Counted from the first letter of the stretch, positions 18,687 to 29,144 are shown. The stretch: 64,000 nucleotides of DNA from Acidimicrobiia bacterium (GCA_965203555.1 CBDBCY010000004.1:2848001-2912000); one strand, 5' to 3'. The notes: generated by a model from the sequence alone, not told the origin. Program-made: numbers and translations.

Positions 18687-19622
18687 ATGTACGGAGCGGA
18701 TGCGATGGGAGTTGTTGATAGGGGTTTCGTGCCCACGCTGGCGAAGGCGGAGCGGGCTGCGAAGGTGGTGGCCGGGGAGGGAGCGGGAAGGGTGTTTTTG
18801 TTCGGGTCGGTTGCCCGGGGCAAGGCCCACTGTCACAGTGACATCGACTTGATGGTGATCTTTGATGATCTCGATTATGCCGTGCGGGAGGAGCTCACTT
18901 TGCAACTGGAGCGGTTGGCGGGTGCTGAGGTGGGCTGTTCCGTGGATGTGCATCTCACTGATCGTCCGGAGTGGAAGATGCGCACCGAGCAGGTGGTGAC
19001 CTCGTTTGAGAGCAGGGTGAAAAACCATGCGCTGTTGCTGGTGGACAGGGAACCGGGAGAGGTCGATTGGGACAAGGAGATGGTGATGCCGGCAAGCGAC
19101 TACGAAGAAGCAGTGGAACGGGTCCGCCAGGTAGGGAACGCGCTGGTGGCTATCCAGGGCCATTTGGTACCCACCGATTACCAGCAGCTCATGGAACAAA
19201 CCGGCCAGGAGATGGAGGCGTTCGCGGTTTACGAACAGAGACTCGCCCTGGGATGCGCGGCCGGGCACCTTACAGTGGAGACCGCGGTGAAGTCTCTGAT
19301 CCACCTGTCGGCGACTCCGCAGGCTCAGCCGTGGGGTCATGAAATAGACAAACTTCTTCCTCAGCTACCCGAACCGCACAGAAGCGAGATACAAACGCGT
19401 CTGGCATCGGTGGGTGTCAAGAACCTTCAGAAGTGGCAGCAACAGGCCCGTTACGAACGGTTTGTAACATCCAGCGTGGAGAGGTTCACCCAGATCGCCA
19501 AAGCCGCCTGCAGCGTGGCGCTATACACCGCGGATCAGTTCCCGCGGGAACTCGACGTCGCAACCCCGGTCTGGAGGAAGGTGTCATACATCGAACAGGT
19601 GATCGCCAGTCGCGACCTGTAA
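18687..19622 (+). CDS. minimal nucleotidyltransferase (MNT)-HEPN fusion protein
   Basis: LFGSVARGKAHCHSDIDL; C-terminal VETAVKSL..PWGHEIDKL..ARYE. Confidence 0.75.
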   Translation: MYGADAMGVVDRGFVPTLAKAERAAKVVAGEGAGRVFLFGSVARGKAHCHSDIDLMVIFDDLDYAVREELTLQLERLAGAEVGCSVDVHLTDRPEWKMRTEQVVTSFESRVKNHALLLVDREPGEVDWDKEMVMPASDYEEAVERVRQVGNALVAIQGHLVPTDYQQLMEQTGQEMEAFAVYEQRLALGCAAGHLTVETAVKSLIHLSATPQAQPWGHEIDKLLPQLPEPHRSEIQTRLASVGVKNLQKWQQQARYERFVTSSVERFTQIAKAACSVALYTADQFPRELDVATPVWRKVSYIEQVIASRDL

Positions 19623-20654
19623 ACCGGTCGTGACAGGTACGACACGCAAGGGCTGGGTCTGTCGTTCGATCTGTAAGCCCGGTGGCCTACTGCACGTCTG
19701 CTTGGCACGAATGTCATCCAGGGCCCAGTGGAAGCCAACCAGCAATGGGGACAAATAGGGACTCACCACAAGGCCCAGTGAATCCCCCCGCCCAGGATGA
19801 TCGCCGTTCACGCCCCCAACTGGAAGCCGGGAGGTCGAACCGAAGAACAGTGGCGATCCTGTCTCGCAACCTACGCCCAGCCAGTCCGCGGCTACAGCTT
19901 CACGAGGTCACCTCAGCGGATTCAATGGCGTGGGTGGCCCCCCTGTGGAACGAGAAGCCCGAGATGGCCCGCCTAGTGGACCGAGATCGAGCTAGGGCGA
20001 CCTGTCCCTTATGAGCGGTGTGGTTAGGTGTGCCCCCACGTTGTGGAATCGGTCGATTCTGGATGAGCTTGGCTGTCAAGCCCTGATCTCCTCCTTGGGT
20101 TACCGGGGTGCTAGTCCCACTGCTCGGGAGCATGGCCATAGGTGGTGGCGGTTCCTCTCCCGTACCATCGGGGTTCACCACAACCATGGAAACCTATGGG
20201 ACCACCCTCATGGGAATCTCGACTACCTTCGCCGCAGGGGTTTCAATCGGGTTGACCATCCTCTACCCCGGATGCCCGCCCACCGGTGCGACTCCCTGGC
20301 GCTCTGCTACGGCGTAATGTGGTGGACGATCACCACCGGAGCCTGGACAGCTAATTGCAGGCGTGTCCTGGATGATTCTCCGGGTAGTGACCACCTTGGG
20401 ACGGCAGTGGAGGCACAGCCCGACAGCACGAGAGTGGTCACCGGACACGGGTCCAACCAATGCAGCGGTTTCGCATTGGCCATGCCGCCCAGCGGTTGGC
20501 AGCATGGCCCCGTGTTGAATCTGCCGCCAATCCCCAAGAAGCCGCTAGTTGATCGGTTTGGACCGGGGGTTCTTCCAATAAAGTGACTTGCTGTCAGAGA
20601 GGCTGATGACGATCATCACGCCACCGTTCTACTGGGTTCCCGGGAGGCTTTCTT

Positions 20655-21677
20655 CTATTGGTCGGGCCAGCCTTCAGCTCGCTCGCCGCCGTCAAGGGCT
20701 TCCCGAATGGCGGTAGCCGCTTGGTCGGTCACCCACTGGCGCCACACATCAGGGTTGTTGTTCAACCACCAGATCGCGGTGTCGGCATGGCTGGCGTCGT
20801 TGTCGATCCGCCATATAGACATTGATGCGTACTGGTCGGCACTCACATCCCACTTTCGTAACATGTCGGCCACTTCGGGAGAGCCCATCAGTAGTTCAGG
20901 ACGCACCGCGATCAGGAGAGTCGTTTCATCGTAAGCGCAGGCTTTGGTGGTAGCCCAGCACTGGTCGCTGTAAGGAGGTTCTTCCAAGTGGACCATGTCC
21001 AACTTCAACGAGGGGGCCATGCTGCTGTCCAGGTAACCCAGCCAGGGCACCTTTTTCTCATAGCTTTCGAATAGCTCGCTGTGCAACACCCCTTCGGATT
21101 CGGGCACAACGATGTGCACATGATCGGAAAGGCCATAGCTGTCGACTTGGACTTCGTTCACCACGTTGCAGGCCCAACCATCAGGACAAGAAACGAGCCT
21201 GGCCTTGCCGCCACTCTCGGAGGTGGCGAACAGCTTCTGGTAACGCTCCTCTTTCAGGTCTTCAACGCTGTCCAGCTCCGGATACGCCTCCTGCACATAA
21301 GCGGGGATCATGAACGCCGATTGCGAGAGTTTGCTCAAGCTTTCGCCCAAGGACACTACCTCGCCTGCTACCGTGGCTTCCTCCCAGGCTTCGCGGGCGT
21401 TGGGCAACCACAGCTCCATCATCACGTCGCTGTCGCCCCGTCTCAGCGCGGGGATCGCCACTGTCGTGCCCCCTTGGATCACATCAGTGGAATAGCCATA
21501 GCCTTTTTCAACGATGTACTGAGCGATGCGGTTCTGCGACAACGCGCTGTCCCAGCCGAGATCACTAAAAACAATGGGATCCTTGGGGTCGTCGGATGTG
21601 GAGGAACAGGCCCCGATCGCGAGAACCGCCACCACCGCCGCCGCTGCCCTCATCACCGGTCCGCAATTCATCTTCAT
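20655..21677 (-). CDS. glycine betaine/proline ABC transporter substrate-binding lipoprotein (ProX/OpuAC family)
   Basis: Lipobox IGAC, LGWDSA, MELWLPN, CPDGWAC. Confidence 0.85.
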   Translation of the reverse strand: MKMNCGPVMRAAAAVVAVLAIGACSSTSDDPKDPIVFSDLGWDSALSQNRIAQYIVEKGYGYSTDVIQGGTTVAIPALRRGDSDVMMELWLPNAREAWEEATVAGEVVSLGESLSKLSQSAFMIPAYVQEAYPELDSVEDLKEERYQKLFATSESGGKARLVSCPDGWACNVVNEVQVDSYGLSDHVHIVVPESEGVLHSELFESYEKKVPWLGYLDSSMAPSLKLDMVHLEEPPYSDQCWATTKACAYDETTLLIAVRPELLMGSPEVADMLRKWDVSADQYASMSIWRIDNDASHADTAIWWLNNNPDVWRQWVTDQAATAIREALDGGERAEGWPDQ

Positions 21678-21744
21678 AAGTTCCTTCCCCCACTCTAACC
21701 AACGCCTATACACAGGTGGAACCCTGCGCTCCTGGGTCACATCA

Positions 21745-22130
21745 CTACCGCCGTGGGGTGTCTGGGGTGGGTTGGTCAAGAGTCGGTAGATCTCACGAGC
21801 GGTTTACCCTTTTCGGGCAGCGGATGACTTCCCGGCGGGTTTGCCTTCCGCCCGGCGTCTTTCGACATACTCGATGGTGTGTTGGTCTCGGACCATGCGT
21901 ACTGTGACGATCCGCCACCAGGGCGTTGTTGGGTGGCGGTTACCTGCCCGGTTGAGGCGATAGCGGACGATTCGTCCCGAGGACGCTTGGTGGGGGATCG
22001 TGCCGCGCAGTGCAGCGAAGGACCCTTCCGAGGTCATGCGTTCGGGGTTGTCACCGGCCGTGCTCAGTGGGGTGGGGCGGTGTCTGGACCGATGGGTTGA
22101 AGATCGACGACCCGGCGTCCGGTCTGCGAT
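21745..22130 (-). mobile_element. IS110-family transposase remnant
   Basis: AGDNPERMTSEGSFAAL..ASSGRIVRYRLNRAGNR..YVERRRAEGK..AREIYRLLT with frameshifts and stops. Confidence 0.8.
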
Positions 22131-22172
22131 TGGCTGCGAGCCACGGGGTCGCCGCAGCCTGGTTTACACGCA

Positions 22173-22724
22173 TCAACTGGGTGGATGACCGACTGCTTCA
22201 TCTACAAGCGGGGCCAGATCCTTCCATGTTGTGAGAATGGTCTCCACTATGTAGTCGCGGTATTCCTTGAGGTTGTCATCCTCCCAAAACCTACCTTTCG
22301 GAGGATCCAGGTTCCGATAGGCTGGCCACCACCGGGTGGATTGTGGATAGGCGGGACGAGCCTCCTTGGTGAAGGGCGACCTATACCTTTCCACATTCGT
22401 CCTGACTCCGCTGATCAGCGACCCATGAGGAGGGAAAAACGCCGACTTGCGATACCATTCCAATCTCACAACCGGGTCATTCTTGCCCTTCGGCCAACCG
22501 TGTCGGCGCAGGCCCAGACCTGGCCAGTTTCCTCCGATTCGAAACGACTCTACGCTGTCTTCAGCGATCCTTCCGCTTGTTAGGGCCGCGTCGAGATCGC
22601 CTTTGAGACTGCGGTAGAATCGATGCACGAACTTCGACACTTCGGCTTCTAGAGCAGCCCACTCTCTGATCCGCGCTTCATGCTCCAGAAAGAACTTGAC
22701 CTGTTCGTCTTCGATCCGATTCAT
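22173..22724 (-). CDS. hypothetical protein coupled to upstream nuclease
   Basis: 183-aa ORF with ATGA overlap. Confidence 0.7.
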   Translation of the reverse strand: MNRIEDEQVKFFLEHEARIREWAALEAEVSKFVHRFYRSLKGDLDAALTSGRIAEDSVESFRIGGNWPGLGLRRHGWPKGKNDPVVRLEWYRKSAFFPPHGSLISGVRTNVERYRSPFTKEARPAYPQSTRWWPAYRNLDPPKGRFWEDDNLKEYRDYIVETILTTWKDLAPLVDEAVGHPPS

Positions 22725-23470
22725 CCGAACTGCTCCTTTAGCGTCCGCAGGTAATTCTTGACGACATCAATAGCGCTGGCAACCTCAGTGGCAGACCGTG
22801 ATTCGTTCAGGGCCTCCTCCAACATCGCCCGAACCTCGGGCCACGAGAGGGTCTTGAAAGCACGTTGGGAGCACCGTGTGGTCGCCGTGTGCGGTCTCCG
22901 ACCGTCGGGGGTCAGAAACACGAAAAGAGGCGCCTTCTCGTTCTTGAAGTTCTCGTACAAATCGTCGCACTGGCTCGGCTGCTCTGACGCGTCAACCTTG
23001 TTCTCGATGACGAGCGTGAAGCTCCCGCCCCACACGACGAGGTCGGCCTCTCTGTCATTCCGCCACTCGGAAAACACCACCTTCCTCACCGCCGGTGGGA
23101 CGGACACCGGTGCCCCGGTGCAGTGTTCCACCAAACGCTCCACGAGCCCACAACCCAACCCGTGCCGGGCCGTCGGCGTCAACAGCCATCCCAGCAGGCG
23201 AGAATGGGTGTTCTCGTGGCGTGCTAAACCCACGATCTCAAAAAAGTCCGACGGCCCGGTCAACCACAGCCCGTCCGAAACGAGACGGTCATGCCGCTGG
23301 CGCATCTCCGTCATGGCCTCACGCCACTCGGCAAGGAGCCTCCTCGTCCGGCGCACGGCGATCTCGTCCCATTCACGATCCATTGTCCGAATGGTCCCCC
23401 GCCAGTCGGCCAAGCGCGTACTTGCCCGGCGCGCGGCGATCCCGTCCCACTCGCGCTCCATCGCACACAT
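22721..23470 (-). CDS. PD-(D/E)XK nuclease (PDDEXK_4-like)
   Basis: HENTHSRLLGWLL..HGLG, ADLVV, VIENKV, EQPSQ. Confidence 0.8.
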   Translation of the reverse strand: MCAMEREWDGIAARRASTRLADWRGTIRTMDREWDEIAVRRTRRLLAEWREAMTEMRQRHDRLVSDGLWLTGPSDFFEIVGLARHENTHSRLLGWLLTPTARHGLGCGLVERLVEHCTGAPVSVPPAVRKVVFSEWRNDREADLVVWGGSFTLVIENKVDASEQPSQCDDLYENFKNEKAPLFVFLTPDGRRPHTATTRCSQRAFKTLSWPEVRAMLEEALNESRSATEVASAIDVVKNYLRTLKEQFG

Positions 23471-23767
23471 GCGCGCCTCCCACAAGAGGACTCGATTAAC
23501 CGGTGTGCCTATAGGGGGTATGTCCGAAAACGATAGCGACCTCACATCTCCCGCACCCGCCCCAGCAGCGGCACGCGGCGCTCGCCCGGACTCTTCATCC
23601 GCTCCGCCGGGATCGTCCACTCCCCGCACTTGATGCAACCCAGCACGTCCGCCCCTACGGGTCGCCCTAAGCGAAGTTATCGGTCCTGCTTTTTCGGATG
23701 TGAATTGCTTCAGCACCCGATTATGGAGGACCCTCCCTTTACAATCGAAGGATTCCAAACTCCCGCC

Positions 23768-24115
23768 CTATTTTCCCGAAGATCCACTTTGTGATGGAGC
23801 TGCCTGGCTTCGGTCTGCTTTAATCTCTACACCGGTCGGGTTTGCCGTGATGTGGTCAATCCCCTCTTGGAATCCATAGGCGATGACCAGTCCTGAGTTT
23901 TCGGCGACATACAGCCCTGTATCGTTCCCATCGAGAAGCACGGGATTCGGTTGGAAGCGATAGCTGGAGACGACCCCCGCAACCTGGAAATTGCTGCTGT
24001 CTCGGGGCTTGAATACGACGGGTCCTCCCGAGAAGCCGGGGATGTTGTGGCCGTCGATCACAAGCACCGTGGGCCCGCTCTGAGCGAGAACCCCTGCGAG
24101 AGTGCCCTGCCCGCA
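23768..24115 (-). pseudogene. trypsin-like serine protease, C-terminal part (IS-interrupted, frameshifted)
   Basis: DGHNIPGFSGGPV catalytic Ser motif. Confidence 0.8.
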
Positions 24116-24190
24116 CTAGGAGGCTGCTGATTTATTCGGGTGGGTGAGATGCTTGGTTTGGGGGGGTGGGTTGTGGGATAATTTTGGGGT

Positions 24191-25809
24191 ATGTTGGGTG
24201 TTGAACGTTTTGATCGGGAGTTGTTGGACGCGATGGCGGTGTGCGGTGATCTGGTGCCGGAGGGGTCGGTTTACCGGTTTTTGGCCGAGCATCGGACTGG
24301 GGTGTTCCCGGATGGGTTGTTCGAGGATTTGTTCGGCCCTCGGGGTCGTCCGTCGGTTCCGGGGTCGGTGGTGGCGACGGTGATGGTGTTACAGGCTTTG
24401 GAGGGCCTGTCCGATCGGGAGGCGAATGGGTCGGTTGCGGTGTGATATTCGGTGGAAGGCCGCGGCGGGTTTGTCTCTGGTGGATGGGGGGTTTCATCCG
24501 ACGGTGTTGACGCTGTGGCGGGCAAGACTACGCAAAAGTGAGACACCGGAGCGGATTTTCGACGCGGTTAGGAAAGTGGTGGACGAGACCGGGATATTGA
24601 GAGGTCGTCGCAGGCGGGTGTTGGACTCTACGATCTTGGATGATGCGGTGGTCACCCAGGACACGGTGACCATGATCTGTGCCCAGATACGCAAGGTTCG
24701 CCGTTTGATACCCCGAGCGCGGCAGGTGGTGTTGTCTCGTGATCTGTGAACAGGCTGGTAAGCCGTCGTGTGACTGGTCGGATCCGCAGAGTCGTTCCAA
24801 CCTGATCGACGGGTTGGTCACCGATGGGCAGGCGGTGCTGGACGCGGTCGGAGGTATCGATCTGGATGCTGGGCAGTCGGAGGCGGTGGGGTTGTTGGGG
24901 GTGGTGGTCGGCCAGGACGTGGAACCGGACCCCGATCGGGAGGGAAGATGGCGTATCGCTCGGCGGGTGGCTTCGGGTCGGACGATCTCGGTGGTCGACC
25001 CGCAGGCTCGTCACGGACGCAAAACATCGTCGCAGCGTCGCGACGGTTACAAGGCTCACATAGCTGCCGAACCGGAGACGGGGATCATCACCGTCGTTGA
25101 GGTCACCGCCGCCAACACCCCCGACGGGGAGACCGGCGCGAGAATGCTGCAAAAAGACAAACCAGCTGGCACGGACGACACCCACGATCCGGCTGGCATG
25201 GATGATCCGGCTGGTGTGGACGATCCGGCTGGTGTGGACGATCCGGCTGGTGTGGAGGTCATCGCTGATTCGGCGTACGGGTCGGGCGAGGTTCGCGCCA
25301 AGTTGAAGAAGGCCGGGTATACCACCACTGTGAAACCGATACCTTTGCGTGGTAACTATCGGTTGGGCAGTGACCAGTTCACCCGGGACGATTTCGAGGT
25401 GGATCACGACCGAAAACAGATCACCTGCCCGGCCGGGGTGACGGTGAACATCAGCCCCAAAGGCTGGGCCCGGTTCGCAAAACACTGCACCGGTTGTGGT
25501 TTTCGGAGTCGTTGCACCACCAACCGACGGGGTCGCCAGATGCGGATCCACCCCCATGACCGGTTACTGGTCCAAGCCCGCCGAAAATGGAAAGATCCCC
25601 CGACCAAACACCGGTACAACAAGTACCGGTCGACGGTTGAGCGGTTGATCGCTCACTTGGTTGCCAACGGCCACCGCAAACTCCGCTACCGGGGCACCGC
25701 TCGAAACCGGCAACAACTACACACCCGCGTAGCGGCGATCAACCTGCGCAGGCTCATCAACCTCGGACTGCACCCCACCACCACCGGATGGGCCACCAAC
25801 CCGATCTAA
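24191..25809 (+). pseudogene. IS1182-family DDE transposase with two frameshifts
   Basis: Three consecutive ORFs: GRPSVP..LSDREA / LDSTILDDAV / GYKAH..ADSAYG..CPAG..RSTVER..LRYRG. Confidence 0.85.
25186..25257 (+). repeat. 18-bp tandem repeat x4 (DPAGVD) inside transposase
   Basis: GATCCGGCTGGTGTGGAC units. Confidence 0.9.
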
Positions 25810-25956
25810 AACCCGGGGACCCCCAACAGAGAACAAGCAAACACTGGAGCACACCGGCCACCACCCCCCGGAACCGGTGCGCCCACCGCTCCGCTCTTCG
25901 AGATCAAGCCCAGTGACCCACCACCACCCCAACACCAATACTCAGCAGCCTCCTAG

Positions 25957-26340
25957 CGGCATCGGGAATCCAGCACTCTCCGGAAACGCAAGGAGTTCCA
26001 TCTCTGTGAAGCCCGAGAAGTAGACCTGCTGCCCTACGGATATACCACTCGGCGTGGGCTCCAAGGCCGTGTTCGCGTGAGACAACTGCTGTGGTGGCGC
26101 AAGGATCGCTACATCGACCGGGGATTCTGATAGCCAAGCAATCTGCACCTGCAATGGCTTCCAGTCTCCGTCGTGGTGTATCTCAACTGCCGCCTCGTCA
26201 CCGGTGAGCAGGCCATCCACAACGTGGCGGGCTGTGACGAGGTACTGGCGTGATGCGATGTCAATTGTGAAACAGGTGCCTATGGTGTCTCCGTGCTCCA
26301 GCCGGAAAGTGCAATGGATGACATTGCTGCTGATAATGAG
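25957..26340 (-). pseudogene. trypsin-like serine protease, N-terminal part
   Basis: GTCFTI..YLVTARHVV (His), VDVAIL (Asp); ends FPMPL at the IS. Confidence 0.8.
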
Positions 26341-26729
26341 TGCCCGCCTGCTAACTGTCCTAAAGACCGCCCGAACTGTGCTTTCGGCAGTCTGGTGGAG
26401 CCGTGATGATACCTCAGGCAGACGCGGCATCTCGGCGCTTGCTCGGGCCGATACGTCACATTCCCGCTGACTGGCCGGGAACCTCAAAACCGGCTCCGGC
26501 ATTAGAAGTGACACTCATTCGTGCCATCTGTACATTGACCTGGGATAAATCTTCTAGCGGAGGCGGACGAGGCATGGCAGCACCAGCGCCTGCAGTATCA
26601 AGGGTCCCTTTTGGTACGGACCAGGAGTTGGTTGCTGAGGGGATTCCTGTGCTAGGCGTCTGACCCTTTCCAGCGGGGTTAGAAGCCTATGGATAGACCG
26701 CGGTGTGTTCCTCTTCTCGTTCCGCTAGT

Positions 26730-27262
26730 TCAGCCCGGTTTTTGTTCGTGCTCCTTCCAGGCTTGGTCGATGATGTAGGTAGTAGCGGCCGGGATCATCC
26801 GGGAGGGGTATGCGTCCTGGACCAGTCGGTATAGCTCTGCCCGCCTTTTTATGTCTGATGCGGCCAGCAACGCTGGGATGTCCCATTTGTCCACGTCGCG
26901 GGCGGACACCAGTTTCATGGCCAGGACGTATCGGGCAGGAACAGCGTACACCCTTAGCCGTGTCCCCTCGAACACGAGTATCGGATCTTCTACCCGGACA
27001 GCTGGGGCTTTGAGTTTGGCGGCGTCGTTGAACCAGCCCGGTTCCAGGTCATAGTCGCGGGCGACCCGGGCTACAGCGGGGTCATGCCTTCGGACACGAC
27101 GTCCACGTCGTTGGTGATGCGCTGGTCGTCCCATAACAGGGCCACCGCCGCACCGCCGGCGATCATCACATCGTGATTTCTGTCTGTGAGTTCGTAGAGC
27201 TGCGCGTCGACTTCTGTGAACAGTTCAATGATGCGCCGGGGGGTTAGGTCCAAGGAAGCCAC
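26730..27262 (-). pseudogene. DUF6036/AbiEii-like nucleotidyltransferase, frameshifted near 27075
   Basis: IAGGAAVAL..RITNDVDV in one frame; WFND..YVLAMKLVSARDVDKWD in another. Confidence 0.7.
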
Positions 27263-27717
27263 CAGTCAGGGGTGCCTTTGTCCAAGATCCGAGGATGGAA
27301 AAAGACCCGATGGTGAACACAGGTGGGGGGAGCCTGTTCCATTGCCCGCTTCCAGAAAAAGGAATCGTGTTCCCCCGGTTCGCAAAGCAGCACCCAGTCC
27401 TCGGCAAGGCGGTGTTCCCACACCCACTCTGGAACCGTCAGGTTCGCCCGATCCGCAAGGGCGTGAACAACCGCGGCTATCGAGGGAAGAAGATACCGGT
27501 CAGGGCCCTTATAGGAAGGAGCCTCCTTGATCATGGCCACCTTAGAGGGGGAACGGTTCCAATCAGCGACGAACTGCAACAACGGCGTCCTATAAGCCTG
27601 GAACAGGGTTTCGCCCACCATGTGAGGCGGCAACTCGGCTGCTGTGCGACGGCGTACCCGAAAGGAAGGCTCTCCTCTGGTAGGTGCCTTGGATGAAGGA
27701 CGGATAGGAAAGGTCAA
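27244..27717 (-). CDS. putative antitoxin partner of the nucleotidyltransferase; start uncertain
   Basis: IAAVVHALA..VPEWV..APP..HRVFF; overlaps the downstream start. Confidence 0.55.
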   Translation of the reverse strand: MTFPIRPSSKAPTRGEPSFRVRRRTAAELPPHMVGETLFQAYRTPLLQFVADWNRSPSKVAMIKEAPSYKGPDRYLLPSIAAVVHALADRANLTVPEWVWEHRLAEDWVLLCEPGEHDSFFWKRAMEQAPPTCVHHRVFFHPRILDKGTPDWWLPWT

Positions 27718-27979
27718 CTTGCCAGCCACAACTGTGTTTTTCTCCGTTCCTTGAGTGTAAAGGACACCCACCCCACACACTTGGGGGAATGTCTGACCGT
27801 TCATCGCAGGCAACCAATCATGGACAATCCCCAGGCGGTCTGTGTTTTGAATACCCCGGGGGGATTCAGGGACCGAAAGGAGACCTGCTAGCCTAAAACC
27901 ACCCAACCAGGGTGGAGAATTTCGATGATCGACTCTGGGGATTTTCGATGATCGTCATCAGCAGTTACCCCCCAAAACG

Positions 27980-28160
27980 GTGTCACGGGAGGACAACCCC
28001 TCCGACGAGCGGGTAGTGGCCGCGTTGGGTCGGAACGCCAAACCACCGACCCACCACAACGCCCTTCACCACTCACAAGTCCGATCTGCGATCAACACGA
28101 TCAAGACCGCCGACGCGTACTGGGCCGCTAAGGCGGCGCTGCGGTTCACATTTATGTCGA
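27980..28160 (+). pseudogene. P4-like tyrosine integrase fragment
   Basis: DNPSD..AALG..HHNAL..AKAALRF resembles the segment preceding the TATRSGE motif. Confidence 0.45.
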
Positions 28161-28245
28161 AAAGTTATACAAAATCCCTATGAAGTTAAGATAAAATCTC
28201 TATACTTTACGTGTGAAACCGGACTGCGAACCTTAGGAGACCACA

Positions 28246-28749
28246 ATGAGCTTTCCAGATGCCATAGGGAGCGTGCTGAGGCAGTATGTCGTGTTCGGGG
28301 GCCGGGCGGCAAGGTCCGAGTATTGGTGGTGGGTGCTGGCCGTGTTCATCAGCCAAGTGATAGTCAACATAGTTGGCAATGCCATTGACACTCCGATCCT
28401 GGGTGTGATATTCTGGCTTGGGGTCCTGGTTCCGTCTCTGGCCGTTGCGACTCGTCGGCTCCATGACACTGGTAGGAGAGGCTCATGGCTAGTACTCTGG
28501 ATCGGGATTTACGCCATCCTGGGCATTATTTTGATCGTTAGCGCCGGGGCGCTCATTATGGGGTTGATGTTGGGGTTCGGGGCTGCAACGTCGTTTGAGG
28601 AGGTAATGGTCGGCGGAGCTATCGGTGTCGTGGTGTCGGCGATAGGGATGCTGCCTATAGCGATCTGGTCTATTGTCTGGTTGGCCGGGAAGGGAGACGA
28701 CGGCCCTAACCAGTTCGGACCGGACCCTCTAGCAGCCTCCGACGCCTGA
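28246..28749 (+). CDS. DUF805 membrane protein
   Basis: YVVFGGRAARSEYWW, VATRRLHDTG, GPNQFGPDP; AGGAG RBS. Confidence 0.9.
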   Translation: MSFPDAIGSVLRQYVVFGGRAARSEYWWWVLAVFISQVIVNIVGNAIDTPILGVIFWLGVLVPSLAVATRRLHDTGRRGSWLVLWIGIYAILGIILIVSAGALIMGLMLGFGAATSFEEVMVGGAIGVVVSAIGMLPIAIWSIVWLAGKGDDGPNQFGPDPLAASDA

Positions 28750-28787
28750 CGCGGTAGCGGGACAATGAAAGCACGGGGGGGTGGTTC

Positions 28788-29144
28788 ATGACAGTGGCAG
28801 TGCTCCTCGCCTGGGTGCTGGCCGGGTGTGGCGATGATGACCCGTCCGGGGTGGGGGCTGCTGCGGTGGCGTCAATGTGCCACTTTGCTCCGACGGATCA
28901 TGGTCACGGTTTCATGCATCCTGACGGAAGACATGCCGGCGACCTACCGAACATCCTCGCGGGGATCGACGGCACCGCACGGGCGGACGTTTTCTCTGAC
29001 CAGGTGACCCTGTTAGCCGATACCGACACGTCCCTGTTTGACTCAGACGGCTCAGCGATCATTATTCACGCTAAACCGGATTCCTACGGTGCTGAACCCG
29101 GCGCCGGAGACCGGGTGGCCTGCGGTGTAATACAACAGAACTGA
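28788..29144 (+). pseudogene. sodC: internally deleted Cu/Zn superoxide dismutase lipoprotein
   Basis: Lipobox LAGC; HAGDLPN, IIHAKPD, GAGDRVACGVI; HxH copper strand absent. Confidence 0.65.

Larger units (their letters stand above)
24120..25952 (+). mobile_element. IS1182-like insertion sequence with CTAG target duplication
   Basis: Terminal IRs GAGGCTGCTGA at 24120 and TCAGCAGCCTC ending 25952; CTAG at 24116-24119 and 25953-25956. Confidence 0.9.

Noticed and set aside
19640-20640. ORFs such as 20011-20586
   Set aside because: No recognisable motifs and atypical composition; probably degraded DNA.
21678-21779. N-terminal extension MTNPPQTPHGG of the betaine-binding protein
   Set aside because: It is the tail of the IS110 remnant; the signal peptide starts further downstream.
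25186-25257. 18-bp repeats as a mini-CRISPR
   Set aside because: Head-to-tail with no spacers; lies inside the transposase.
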